Shown here: positions 1-12,199 of the stretch, in pieces
How the letters are laid out: each line of letters starts with the position of its first letter
Numbering within the stretch: position 1 is the first letter of the stretch
NCBI GenBank assembly: GCA_951406725.2
Contig: OX597831.1
Location: forward strand, 20,770,001-20,834,000
DNA from: Octopus vulgaris
Taxonomy: Eukaryota
Length of the DNA: 64,000 nucleotides
Direction: 5' to 3'
Position numbers and translations under genes: made by a program
The notes under the pieces: generated by a model
Databases searched by the model: none
Told to the model about the DNA's origin: nothing
What the model saw: only the letters and a program-made list of their open reading frames with translations

Positions 1-284
1 TTGGGGGTTGACATCACTGATACAGCCCAGATCGGCCATATCAGGATTGCTGAAAACAGAGCAGTATTGTTTCTGCAGTATCTCGGCCATGGATTTGGCA
101 TTATCTTGGAGAGTGCCAGTTTCGTCAATTAGAGGGCCTACAGTGGAGACAGTGACCCTGCGTTTCCTCGCAAATGAAAAGAACACTTTGGGGTTGAGTT
201 TGATTTTTTCAATGGCCCACTTCTCCTCAGCTGATCTTTGGTTATTGATGAGGGACTTCATGCATTGTTGGAGGTTATATTTTT
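1..284 (-). pseudogene. ORF2 continuation after a 1-nt frameshift in an A5 run
   Basis: Adding one A at 280-284 gives the stop-free peptide KYNLQQCMKSLINNQRSAEEKWAIEKIKLNPKVFFSFARKRRVTVSTVGPLIDETGTLQDNAKSMAEILQKQYCSVFSNPD to the window edge. Confidence 0.85.
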
Positions 285-1424
285 GGATTCAAGCAGTGCG
301 ATAGCCGTCGAATGTGTGTGTTGCTGTTGGCAGTACTTTAGTTTGTTAATTTTTTTGTTTGTTCTTTTTATTTTTCTGATAATGGTTTTTCTGTTTTGGG
401 GGATTCTGCACTTTTTGTTCACAGGTCTTGGTGGGGAGTGTTTTGCACATATGTCTGTGACGGTGTCTACAAAGATCTGCCAAGATGTTTTATGGTTGGT
501 GGAGATGTGTGTATGTGTAAAGGACCAGTCAACATTTGATAGCTCGTTCCTGATTGCATCCCAGTTGGCTTTATGGAGATCCATGTTGTCAAATGGGTGG
601 GCTGGAGGAAGGTCACTAGGATTAGCTTTCGGCTGGTGGAATTTCATGTTACAGAGAACCATGTCATGGTCTGAAAGAAGGGTTTTTTCCACTGTAACGT
701 TATGTATAGTGTTAGTGTGGTTACTAAACACTAGGTCCAAAATGTTCTGATGTCTTGTTGGTGCAAGGACAAGTTGGGACAAGAAAAACTCATTCGTAAA
801 GTCGAAAAGTGACTCTGCTGCTTCTTTGTCAGCGGTTGAGGCGGGAGTGCTTGGTTTCAAACAGTTTGTAGTCCAGTCAATACAGGGTAGATTGAAGTCT
901 CCCATCATGAGTATGTTGCTAGAATGGCACTGTTGAATAAAGCACTTAATGCTGTTGAGGCATTCTTTAAAGCACAGTATGGGTGTTTGGGGCGGCCTAT
1001 AGAGCCCAATTACTGTCAGATCATTGGCTTTGTTGTGCACGGTGACTGATTCACAGTAGCCGTTGGAGAATATACTATTTCCATCTGCCGTAAATGAATC
1101 ATGCAGGAAAATGGCAGTTCCACCCTTCCTCCTGCCGATACGATCCGCGCGGATGGTTGTGAAATTCTTCACTCTCACTTCGGCTTCCAAGTGGGAGTTG
1201 TCAAGGTGGGTCTCAGTGAGAATGAAGAAAGGGATGTGGTGTGAATGGTTACCAACCCAGTCTTCAATGAATTGGACCTTCCATTTTTGTGCATTGATGG
1301 AAGGGCTGACACCTTGTGCATTGAGTAGGAATGTGGAGGTTAGTGTAGTGGCTGGTTTTGACTGTTGCAGGGGGCTTGGATTTTTTGTGTGTGTTAGTGG
1401 CAGCAATGTGGGGAATTGGTGCAC
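258..1424 (-). CDS. LINE ORF2 N-terminus: apurinic-like (APE) endonuclease domain
   Basis: Motifs LLNAQG, LTETHL, RADR..RKGGTAIF, GLYRPP, MGDFNLPCIDW, PTRHQNILDLVF, LSDHDMV. The annotated start is GTG; the frame is open from 1520. Confidence 0.92.
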   Translation of the reverse strand: MHQFPTLLPLTHTKNPSPLQQSKPATTLTSTFLLNAQGVSPSINAQKWKVQFIEDWVGNHSHHIPFFILTETHLDNSHLEAEVRVKNFTTIRADRIGRRKGGTAIFLHDSFTADGNSIFSNGYCESVTVHNKANDLTVIGLYRPPQTPILCFKECLNSIKCFIQQCHSSNILMMGDFNLPCIDWTTNCLKPSTPASTADKEAAESLFDFTNEFFLSQLVLAPTRHQNILDLVFSNHTNTIHNVTVEKTLLSDHDMVLCNMKFHQPKANPSDLPPAHPFDNMDLHKANWDAIRNELSNVDWSFTHTHISTNHKTSWQIFVDTVTDICAKHSPPRPVNKKCRIPQNRKTIIRKIKRTNKKINKLKYCQQQHTHSTAIALLESKNITSNNA

Positions 1425-2623
1425 TGGGGTAATAGCATAGGATGGTGTTGAGTGATGGCTAGAATGTTTTTGTGTATCTCTTTTGCCATGTTCAACATGG
1501 CTAAAAAAGAATTTTCCTGCTTAGGGAGCAGTTTTTGGCTGGAGGTGTGGTTGCACTGTTGGATAGGGTTGTAGTTTCCACTTTTGTTGTTGTTGTTTTT
1601 GTGTCTTCCTGAAAAGACTGGACCAGCATTACTGCAGCATGGTGTGTTTCTATTTTTATTGTTATTCAGGTTTGTGTGTTGGCTTGAGGCCCCGTTTCTG
1701 TTTGTGCGTCGGGTCCCTGGAAGATGAGTGAAGGGACAGTCACTCAGTAGACATGTTCTCTCACGTTGGGAATACCGGCAGATTTTGGGACTCCGAGTTG
1801 TGTGTGTTTTGAATTTCGATTTACTATTTGGTGGTGTTGATGTTATTGTGGGATGCGTGCTTTGGCCTTGGCCAGTAGTGCGTCTAGTGCCGGGTAGATG
1901 CGTGAAGATGCAGTCACTATTTGTGCAGAGTCTCTGGCGCAGTGAATAGCGGCATATTTGGGGATTTCTTGTTTGTGCCGTGGGGGGCGCATTCTGCTTC
2001 CTATGTTTCTTTAAGTTTTTGTTACTGCAGTAGTATTGAGGTGGTGATGTGGGGGAAGAGGGCAGTGGTTTCTTATTTGGTTTTCTGTTGGTATTTTTGG
2101 TGATAGAAGACGATGGTGGCAGCGGTGGTGATGATGATGATGATAATTGTGGTGGTTGCTGTGAGAGCGGTGAAAAGATACTGGCATTTAGTGAATCGTC
2201 TAGTAAGCTAGAGTTGAGGAGTGGCTGTTGTTGTTCTTGTTGCTGTGGCTGTTGTTGTTGTTGTTGTGACTGACCGATGTCAGGGTCAGCCATTGTGTTG
2301 GGAACCAGGAGTGGCTCATTCTGTTGTTGTTGTTGTTGTGGCTGCTGATTTTCTAGCTGTTGTTGTTCTTGAACTGTGAAAATATGTAGAAGCTTTTCAT
2401 AATGGCCTCTTATCAGTTTGAAAGATACTTCGATATGTTTCAACTTGCTACGAATCTGTTTGACGGATCGTGTGTTGACCACTTGTGATGTTTTTTCGGC
2501 AATCTCATTCAAACACAAGACATTTAGATTTTCTGTTTGGGAAAGAGAGAGCCATGTGTTTATTAAAACATCAATTTCGTTATCAGACCAATTTCGTCTG
2601 TTGCAGGCCTGCAAGTTAGTCAT
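1394..2623 (-). CDS. LINE ORF1p, 409 aa: N-terminal Myb/SANT-like segment, Q/S/P-rich linker, two C-x8-C-x4-C-x3-H zinc fingers
   Basis: ATG-started open frame. RRNWSDNEIDVLI..W..EIAEK..RSVKQIRSKLKHI is trihelix/SANT-like. Fingers are CRYSLRQRLCTNSDCIFTH (1898-1954) and CRYSQRERTCLLSDCPFTH (1724-1780). Confidence 0.82.
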   Translation of the reverse strand: MTNLQACNRRNWSDNEIDVLINTWLSLSQTENLNVLCLNEIAEKTSQVVNTRSVKQIRSKLKHIEVSFKLIRGHYEKLLHIFTVQEQQQLENQQPQQQQQQNEPLLVPNTMADPDIGQSQQQQQQPQQQEQQQPLLNSSLLDDSLNASIFSPLSQQPPQLSSSSSPPLPPSSSITKNTNRKPNKKPLPSSPTSPPQYYCSNKNLKKHRKQNAPPTAQTRNPQICRYSLRQRLCTNSDCIFTHLPGTRRTTGQGQSTHPTITSTPPNSKSKFKTHTTRSPKICRYSQRERTCLLSDCPFTHLPGTRRTNRNGASSQHTNLNNNKNRNTPCCSNAGPVFSGRHKNNNNKSGNYNPIQQCNHTSSQKLLPKQENSFLAMLNMAKEIHKNILAITQHHPMLLPQCTNSPHCCH

Positions 2624-2950
2624 GTTTGTTTTTCTTTTGTTTGTTTTCCTTTTGATTTTTGAAAATATATATATTCTTTCTTGGGAGTTAAAGAAGTGTA
2701 TATATATATAAATGTTCTCTCTTAAGGGTGTGAGTTTTTGATTATTTGGTTGTTTGAGGATATTAAAAGAAAAACAGGTGTATATAACAATTTGTAGTTA
2801 AATGAAAACGTACTTACGGGTTTGTAGGCAAACACGTGGTTACAAATATATATATATTTAAGGTCAGTTAGTTTTGAAGCTGTGTAGCTTGCTACTGACT
2901 CGGGAGAGAAACAAATAGACGTCCGTCCAGTTCAACAGTTAATCCACATG

Positions 2951-2952
<2 letters not shown>

Positions 2953-3003
<51 letters not shown>

Positions 3004-3044
3004 GCATATATATATACATATATATATATGCATATGTATATATT

Positions 3045-3077
<33 letters not shown>

Positions 3078-3097
3078 GCATATCTATATATGTATGC

Positions 3098-3167
<70 letters not shown>
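2953..3167. repeat. (TA)n-rich microsatellite
   Basis: Direct reading; one of dozens of TA/CA/TCTA/CATA arrays in the window. Confidence 0.95.
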
Positions 3168-3168
<1 letters not shown>

Positions 3169-3769
3169 GTAACAAGCTGAAGAAAAGAAATCCTTCAAAG
3201 GCGTGTGCTAAACATCCAATTCACTGGTATGTCTGTTGGACACCATATAAATACTGGTATAATTCAATTATGAAGATAAATTAAATACAGAGATATTCTA
3301 TTGACAATCCAATAATTTATTTATAATACAATTTCACATTAAATATTATGAATATAATATATAACATAATATTATATCACATATATAATTATAAAAACCA
3401 TAAAAGGCCAACAAATTGTTTCGGCTTATATATATATCTATTTTCTGATATACATAATCACAGTTCCATTATATATGCAGATATCTAGTCACTTCAGGCT
3501 CTTGGCTTTAGAAAAAGACGAAATTTGATTTCCATTGGAGAATTGCGCGAAAAATTACACAGAAGTGTAGAATGATCCGGTGGTGTTGCTGGGCTTTATA
3601 CTTTTTCATAACTCCCATGGTTACCAATATAATCTGCTATAATAATACTCTTGTGTTTATGAATGAGAAAGGAAGGGGTGATGTCATACTTGGTAGTGAG
3701 ATGATGAAAATTGTACGCTGAAAAAATAAATCAAACAGAGTGTATGTAACAGGAGGCGTATGTGAATGT

Positions 3770-4025
3770 GTGTGCGTGTGTACGCGCAATGGAAGTGGGA
3801 TGGTTCATCTTTGTTCGCTTAGTATTTGGGTTTATTGTGGACTTGGTTTAATCTTGGTGGTTCATTTTTTGTTGGTCAGTTATTTTTAGCGTTTTAACAG
3901 AAAAAAAGTAATTCTAAAATTGTTTTTTAACGGAAACGTGTCCAAACAAATCGAATGCTTTCACAGAGCAGGTTTTACAGCCACATCATCCAAATTGACT
4001 GGGTGAAACCGGGCTTAGCTGCTAG
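3770..4025 (+). mobile_element. Probable non-autonomous Helitron 3' end
   Basis: CTGGGTGAAACCGGG imperfect hairpin followed by ..GCTGCTAG|T, matching the Helitron hairpin + CTRR terminus. The 5' limit is uncertain. Confidence 0.45.
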
Positions 4026-4062
<37 letters not shown>

Positions 4063-5213
4063 GGGGTATTTTGGTTATCGCATTTACATTCTTAAATCTA
4101 TATTAGCAATAATTACGGATTTCCCCCTGCGATAGCTTAAGTTTGCAGAGAAAGAAATTTTCATTAGGTTTCTATTCATATCTACTACGGAATTATCCCC
4201 CGCAAGAAAACAATAAATATAGAACATTATTATTAGCTAATCTAATTACGGGACATTGGAACTATCGATGCCAACATGTACCCCGAACACCTTGTGTCGG
4301 ATTTATGCCATTGCACTGGAAAATTATCCGGTATTGGTTAAAAGAAAGCGAAGTCTTCTGCAGTATGTCATCGCAATACCTCATACCGCTCGAACGACCA
4401 GGAATAAACTGTAGGAACTCGAGGGAATAAAACTAATACAAAACCCATAATATAGTCTAGACCATGTTCCTTTGGATTATTACTTGTTTCGATCTATGGT
4501 TCACTCAAAGCGCTCTCAACGCTTTATCAACCAAGATGTGGACCCCTCATTATAGTGGTCTTCACCGCCTCGTATGATAGGAACTTGTATCGGCGCGGGA
4601 TCAAAGAATTGGCAGAAAGTTGACTTCGGACGGTGCAGCACGATGACCTCGTCTTTGAATGACAGGTTGCTTTGTTTTTTAAAATTGACTGAAGCAAACA
4701 ATGTACGAAAATATCGCAAACCTTTGACACAACACAATGAGTGCACTATTCAAAGGTGTTCAAGAATTTGGAACAAAGTCTTTGTTGTAACGATGGTATT
4801 AACTTCCTATGCCGAGATTAATTAGTTTAGCCTCTAAAAAACGTTAAGACTTTGTTGTAACCATGTTGTTAAATTCTAATACGGAGATTAATCCAAATGC
4901 CTATTAAGTACATTTTTAGAATTCAAGTTATCAACAAAATGCTGTGTAATGCACTGCTAATTAATTCATGTTTTTATCGCATGCGTAGCTATGCAAGTTA
5001 GACTAACAACCATATATATCTCTGCAATGATTTGCTTTTAATACAAATAACTATGGGCTAATTGTCACTGTGTGAACAGTAGAGAGGTCTTCATTTCTTT
5101 GATGGCGGACTAGCTTGTTATAATATTTCATTTTTCCGTTTACGAAGGGTTAACAATACTTTTGCGTTGACTCCATTTTCTCAGCTAAGTAGAATTAAAT
5201 GTTCACTAAGTAA

Positions 5214-5720
5214 GTATACGACGTCTTCACAAGAAAAAGAAATATTTTTTTTTAAACGTAAATGTATTTATTTGTTTACAAATTCCTTAGAATGTTTTCT
5301 TTAAAATCTTTTTTCTCCGCTGTTCATACACCGTTCACAACGACTTTTCTAGTTTTAGAATATATGCTGGAAGGCATTTTCATGCGTTGTACGTAGTTCT
5401 TGTGTTGTATTTTATTTAATAATTCCTATCAGCCCAAAATATCTACCAGAGGGAGTTTTAAATTTGGGGAAGAAAAATTTCTAAGAGGACAAAAGCGGTG
5501 TGTATGGCAGTTCTGAGAATGAAAGATGTCTTGATCTTTGTCATAAAGACAGAGTTAAAGGCTAATGCCTGAACCGGTTCGTTGTTGGGGCGCTACAACC
5601 ATAATGTGTTTGCCCAAGCCTCAGGATCTCTTCCATCAGACCACGTCTTAGAAACGCTTTGGGATATCCAACTAGAGCCCATTATTGATCCACAAATTAC
5701 TTGTAATATAACGACACACA
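5214..5720. mobile_element. Possible highly decayed mariner-like remnant
   Basis: TATACGA- start and transposase-like minus-strand sequence; weak. Confidence 0.25.
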
Positions 5721-5737
5721 TAGTAATATGTTTGTCG

Positions 5738-5795
<58 letters not shown>

Positions 5796-5859
5796 CTGTC
5801 TGTGTGTATATCTAATAATCTCTACTATTTCATATAGCTATAAGAAAAAGAGGAGCTGA

Positions 5860-6700
5860 CGTTGAGGGTCATCCAAATATAAAATTATTGAACTCAACAA
5901 CGGGAAGAGTTTACTCTGTGTATCCAAGTCACTTTGAATGTTTCTTTCTAAGGTTGTTTCTTCATAAAATAAGAGGACCAACTTCCTTCTCCCTCCTAAG
6001 AATGATTGATAGTCAAACTGTTCATACTTATAGAGAAGCCTGTTTAACCTTAAATTTGTTAGATGACAACCAGTGGCATAGAATGATGGCTGATGCGTCA
6101 GTGTCACGCACATCTTTTTGCAATTCTTCTCTCGAGTTGTGAAATACGTAATCCATTAGCGTTGTGACGCAAATATAAGAATGATTTATCAGAAGTCTAC
6201 AGATATCAAACACAACTAAGATTTCCTGAGAGGGATTTAGCATTCAACGATGACATATGTGATTAGTTGGCATTGAAGATCTCGTTGTCTTAACGGGAGG
6301 GGAGGTGCTCAGCAGGTTTGGCTTATTTGAAACTCACCGAAATGAGGTGAATTATTTAATCGCAGAAGTTTTGCGAGAAACTTCATATGATATTGAGTCA
6401 TTAACAAGATTCCTTGAAGAAAATGTCCCGAAACTTTTGCCAGACCAGCAACTGCATATACAACAACCAAGTGACAGATAACAGTGGATGATTATAATTT
6501 TTAGACGCCTCAGAAGGAACTGGAAACACTTTTGTTACAAATTTAGTGCTAGCCAAAGTCTGCCAGAAAAAGAAATAGCCTTAGCTGTAGCGAGCTCTGG
6601 AATTGCTGCGACTTTACTCCCTAGGGGTCGAATAGCCCCCGCACCATTCAAGCTGCCGTTCAATCTAACTTCAAATGACGAATCTGTCTGTAAAAGTTCT
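5860..6700 (+). pseudogene. Helitron Rep/helicase (PIF1-like) remnant
   Basis: GRVYSVYPSHFECFFLRLFLHKIRGPTSF..TYREAC..L.LLDDNQW; decayed Walker A region; EIALAVASSGIAATLLPRGRIA..FKLP. Multiple frameshifts and stops. Confidence 0.88.
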
Positions 6701-6734
6701 TCTTTAGCTCAATGTCTGGTGTGGAGAGACATTT

Positions 6735-7185
6735 AGGCCAATCCTGCCTGAGGATCTCTTTCTCAATCAACTTCCAATTTGCTTGAGGAAAATTTCGTTT
6801 CGAGAGATTTTGGGTTCTTCATATAGGTTGTATGTCTGCAGAAGCATTTGATCCAAACGTAGACAACTCTATTATGTTGTGATCCGAGATGAGTGTCGGT
6901 ATCAATTTAATAGTATGAATAATGTCAATATTATTTCTGATGCAGTGATCCAGTATTATTATTTACCCTGGTTGGTTGTAACACAATTTGCTCCACGAAA
7001 GAGGCATTGGTAAGGCGGAGTAGGGACTCCGCCCGTGCTTACTGGTTGTGTCATACTTTGGGGAATCTGACCCCACGACCATCCCACGTTGAGGAAGTTA
7101 CAGTCACCCAAAAGAAATACATTGATGTGCTGTTCCAGTTTCGTGAGAATTCCTATGTTTGCTAGGCATCCTTCAAACTTTCCTG
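6735..7185 (-). pseudogene. Decayed APE endonuclease fragment of a CR1-like LINE
   Basis: Minus-strand translation pieces: VFLLGDCNFLNVGW, EQIVLQPTR..ILD, PTLISDHNII, ANWKLIEKEILRQDWP. Confidence 0.75.
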
Positions 7186-7187
7186 CA

Positions 7188-7247
<60 letters not shown>

Positions 7248-7249
7248 TA

Positions 7250-7346
<97 letters not shown>

Positions 7347-7374
7347 GTCCATCTATTTCACTCTCTCTCTCACT

Positions 7375-7419
<45 letters not shown>

Positions 7420-8080
7420 GTTAATATAATTTTTAATATATCGACCGGTTTCGCTATCGCTATGCATGATATTATGTTTTACTTATTTGAATATGTATTT
7501 TTTCTTAAGAAGAAATTTTGTCCATGTTGTGTGCGATGAAATTCACGAGTGAATGACTTCCCAAGTAGATAAATTAGGGGAGGTAATTGGTTATCGTTAT
7601 TATTGTTATTCTTGTGGGTAAGGGAGATAATTGTTCAGCTTTCGGTAATGGGAGGGGAATATATATGTAAAGACAAAGACAAGTTTCGAAAACCTTGTTT
7701 AGTGAGGGGATTTATGTACAGTGATGTAATAGTGAATTGAAATATGTAAAAAGATAAAAGTTGATTATGCGTGCATATTAAACCGTGTTCTGTATTTTTC
7801 AATGAAAAAAGTTTACAAAACATAACTGTAAAACCATACAACTATATGTGTGCGTCTTCGTGTTGTTTCACCTGCCATTTGGTGATCAGTGTTTGTTTAC
7901 GCCTACATTATTCACCAGTTAGACATAAGATTCTGATAATATAAACCCGAAACTTAAAACATGCCATCCATTTGTAGTAATATAAAATCGAAGGAAAAAA
8001 GAAAGACAAAAGAAATCTGCAAAGCTTTGCTCCAGTATAATCACAGTTCAATGATTGAAATGAATAAATGCGTAAAAGAT

Positions 8081-8152
<72 letters not shown>

Positions 8153-8342
8153 CATACATAAATATATAGAAATATATATTTGTGTGTGTGTGTGTATATA
8201 TATATACACATATATATAAATGTAACTCACACACAAACACATTTATGTATATGTACACATACATATACATGTAATCTCTCTCTATATATGTACATATATA
8301 TACATATATATACATATATATATATATATTGTATATATATAT

Positions 8343-8380
<38 letters not shown>

Positions 8381-8432
8381 ATATATATATATATATATAT
8401 TGTATACATATATATGTATATAGATGTATATG

Positions 8433-8465
<33 letters not shown>

Positions 8466-9343
8466 ATATACATATACATGTATATATACATGCATACATA
8501 CATACATACATACGTACGTACATACATACATACAAACATACATACATACATACAAACATACATACATACCTACATACATACATACATACATACATACATA
8601 CATACATACATACATACATACATACATGCATATATATATGCACAAACACACAAAATAGACAATGGTTTCTACTTGTTTAGTGCGTGTCATTTTATGCGTA
8701 TATAAAAAAAATCGCTGAATTTTTGAAACAGGTGAACATATCTATCAAAGATTTTATGTTTGTTCGTGAAATACATCTATGGTTACATTTATCTAGCATG
8801 TTTCATAAATGATATATATGATGTTATGTCACACATACGTGCTTGTCAAAATTTCATCGCTTTGCTCACTAGAAAACAATCATACGTATCTATGCTAAGA
8901 ATAAAGCTTCCGAAACAGATGGAGAAAATTCGAAGTGTTGCTTTGATGAAATAGTTAACATGACAGTCATGCTTTTTGGTTAGATGTGGGTTAGTCACAC
9001 AGAAAACCCTCGATTTTTCATTCTAATATTCTACACAGACTTATTTATAAGTCTGTGTAGTTCCACTGTTAAATATACATACACACGGGCGCGCACAAAA
9101 ACATCCACACACACACTCACAAACACACACAATACAAATTTGCAATAATGATGTCAAACAAAATTTGTTTCACTTCATTATTACAAATTATATGAGTTAA
9201 TGCCAGTACCGACCACCTCATTCAGGCTCCACTTACGGATATATCCTTAGGGTATATCCGTAACTGGACAGTTTGGAATAATTTGCTATACTTGACTCAA
9301 GTCGAAAATTCTGCTACCGTGCACCGCTTCTAAGCGTAATATG

Positions 9344-9554
<211 letters not shown>

Positions 9555-9713
9555 GCACACACAAATACTACATATACGTGCATATATAATTATATATAAT
9601 GAACATACACATACATACATACGTACACACACACTCACATACTCTCAACTTCACATATATGTGTGTGTGTGTAGAGAGAGAGAGACAATGAGAGAGAAAG
9701 TAGAACCTGGTAC

Positions 9714-9767
<54 letters not shown>

Positions 9768-10261
9768 ATAAATGCAGACAAACAGGCACACACACAAACA
9801 CACACACAGGCACATAGAACATTTTGTAAACAATTTTAGAAGCGCTAAGTGAATCGATATTCTACAGAAAACAATGGAATTCTTGAACGACGCTGGATTG
9901 CTGTGAAGGCAGCTTAGAAAATCAGATAAATAACTGTATTAGACAGGAAAAAAATTGGCAGACAAACATTAACAGGGAACTTAACATTATAGCTCTGAAT
10001 TTTCGGCTGAGCACTTTCATCCATCGACCTAAGAGATACAGGTTAAAATTCCAGGTAGAGGCTTTAGCAAATATTTCATCAGAACTAGTTCAGATCTGGA
10101 GTATCCTGTATGTTAAAAACCTATATAGTCTTATGCATCCGGAGGAGGTGGTGTAATTCAAGTTGATGTAATGTTTGCATTTTTCGATTGAATAGAACCG
10201 CATGAAACGGGCGTAATGCACTACTACCTTGATATCCTTGTTACGTATTTCCTTATGTATG

Positions 10262-10295
<34 letters not shown>

Positions 10296-10759
10296 TGTAT
10301 GTATGTATGTATGTTTCTATCTATCTATTTATCGAAAAGGAAAGTGAGAGTAGAGAGGCAAGTTTTGTCTAGCGAATGTTTAAAAAAAAAGATGGGTGAA
10401 TGTTACAAGGATGGCACGTATGAATGACGAAGCAACCTTAAGCATAATCCTATGAACCCGGAAAAATTTAAAACAAAGAGTTACTTACTTGCAAATAAAT
10501 GTGTTAACATGTGACATTATTGATCGATGTTACCGTTGTCTTTTCCGTAGGCTTTTCTTTCTACGAATAAATCTCAACAGTTTCCCCCTTTACACTTAAC
10601 ATCATGACATTTCTGTGATACAAGATCCCTATTGATCGTTTTTTTACGCCCCTTTTTGATTGAAAACTTACCTCACTTGTTTTTCTCCCCCAAAACGAAA
10701 AGCTCTACTTTGTAATACGTCCCCTCTGTGTTCAGCCCTGTGTGGCAAATAACGAAACA

Positions 10760-10864
<105 letters not shown>

Positions 10865-11089
10865 GTCTGTCTGTCTGTCTATCTATCTAGCTAAGCTCAC
10901 GAATCCATGTGTATGACTAAGTATACCTGTGTGAATGTCCTATATACTGATGACAAATCGGTGAGATTTGAAAAGTACTTTCGTCATAAGGCTTTTTAAA
11001 ATTATTTTTTTTAATATCATAAACGCATAATTTCAAAAATAACCAAATGTGCCTCAATTATTTCACATTTGTTGGAAGTTAACATCATT

Positions 11090-11188
11090 GCAGCAACATA
11101 AGCAGCAGTAGCAACGGTAGCAGCAACATAAGCAGCAGTAGCAACGGTAGCAGCAACATAAGCAGCAGTAGCAACGGTAGCAGCAACA
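11090..11188. repeat. 30-bp tandem repeat x3.3 within a CAG/CAA-rich tract
   Basis: GCAGCAACATAAGCAGCAGTAGCAACGGTA repeated exactly. Confidence 0.9.
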
Positions 11189-11687
11189 AAGCACCAAAAA
11201 CAACAATAGCACCAAAAACAGCAACTGCAACAAAAACAGAAACAGCAGGAGCAACAACAACCACAGCAACAGCAGCAAATGTACTAATTAATTGATTATT
11301 TTTCATACTTTCCAAACGACAAAGAAGCAGGAAATACGAGATTGTTCATCAAAGAAGCAGATATAAAAATTTAACGAACGGCCATTTTGTTTTTCTTCCT
11401 CTTTTCCTTTCGTAGCTGCAAGTAGCAAAAACTGCAAATATTAGATGTTCATACATTAATTAAATGAAAAATGAGACAGTTTGATAGTGGTGTAGTTGTT
11501 GTTGTTGTTGCTGCTGCTGGTGTTGTTCTTGCTCCTCTTGTTTTTGTTTGTTGGTTGGTTTCGCCGCAAGGTAACGAGAATTGCATTTTCTTGTGCGACG
11601 CTTTAACTTGGTTGTGTGTGTGTATATTATGTATTTATGACATTATTCGGTTTTATTTCAAGTACGTTTGTATGCATATGTATATAT

Positions 11688-11740
<53 letters not shown>

Positions 11741-11767
11741 GTATGTATCTGCATATAGATATATATG

Positions 11768-11799
<32 letters not shown>

Positions 11800-12199
11800 C
11801 CCACACACATGCACACACACACACATACGCACATACATGCACGCATGCACACGCGCACACCTACACGCATACACACACACACACGCACGTACACATACAT
11901 ACATACACACACGCATACATACACCCATACACATACATGCATCCTACACACACATACATACACACTCACACATACATACACACACACGCACTCACTCACA
12001 CACCTGTATGTTCGCGCACACACATGCACATACACACACTTCCCCACACCCACACGTACATACATACACACTCATACACACATACACACACACACACACA
12101 CACGGACATACATCTATGCACACACATATATACACACATACTCACATACATTCATCGGACACACTGCCACCCAGACATACACACAGACACACTCACACA

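Larger units (their letters stand above)
1..2950 (-). mobile_element. Near-intact 5' portion of a CR1/L2-group non-LTR retrotransposon (5'UTR, ORF1, ORF2 endonuclease and linker; RT lies beyond the window start)
   Basis: Two overlapping minus-strand ORFs. ORF2 has APE motifs and, after a frameshift, the CR1-type linker KLNPKVFFSF..VGPLIDETG..MAEILQKQYCSVFS. The 5' end abuts a (TA)n array starting at ~2953. Confidence 0.9.

Noticed and set aside
3405-3502. Minus-strand CTGAAGT..GCCGAAACAATTTGTT possible hammerhead relic (similar partial motifs at ~7440 and ~36250)
   Set aside because: Core or stems incomplete; at most decayed Penelope-like pLTRs.
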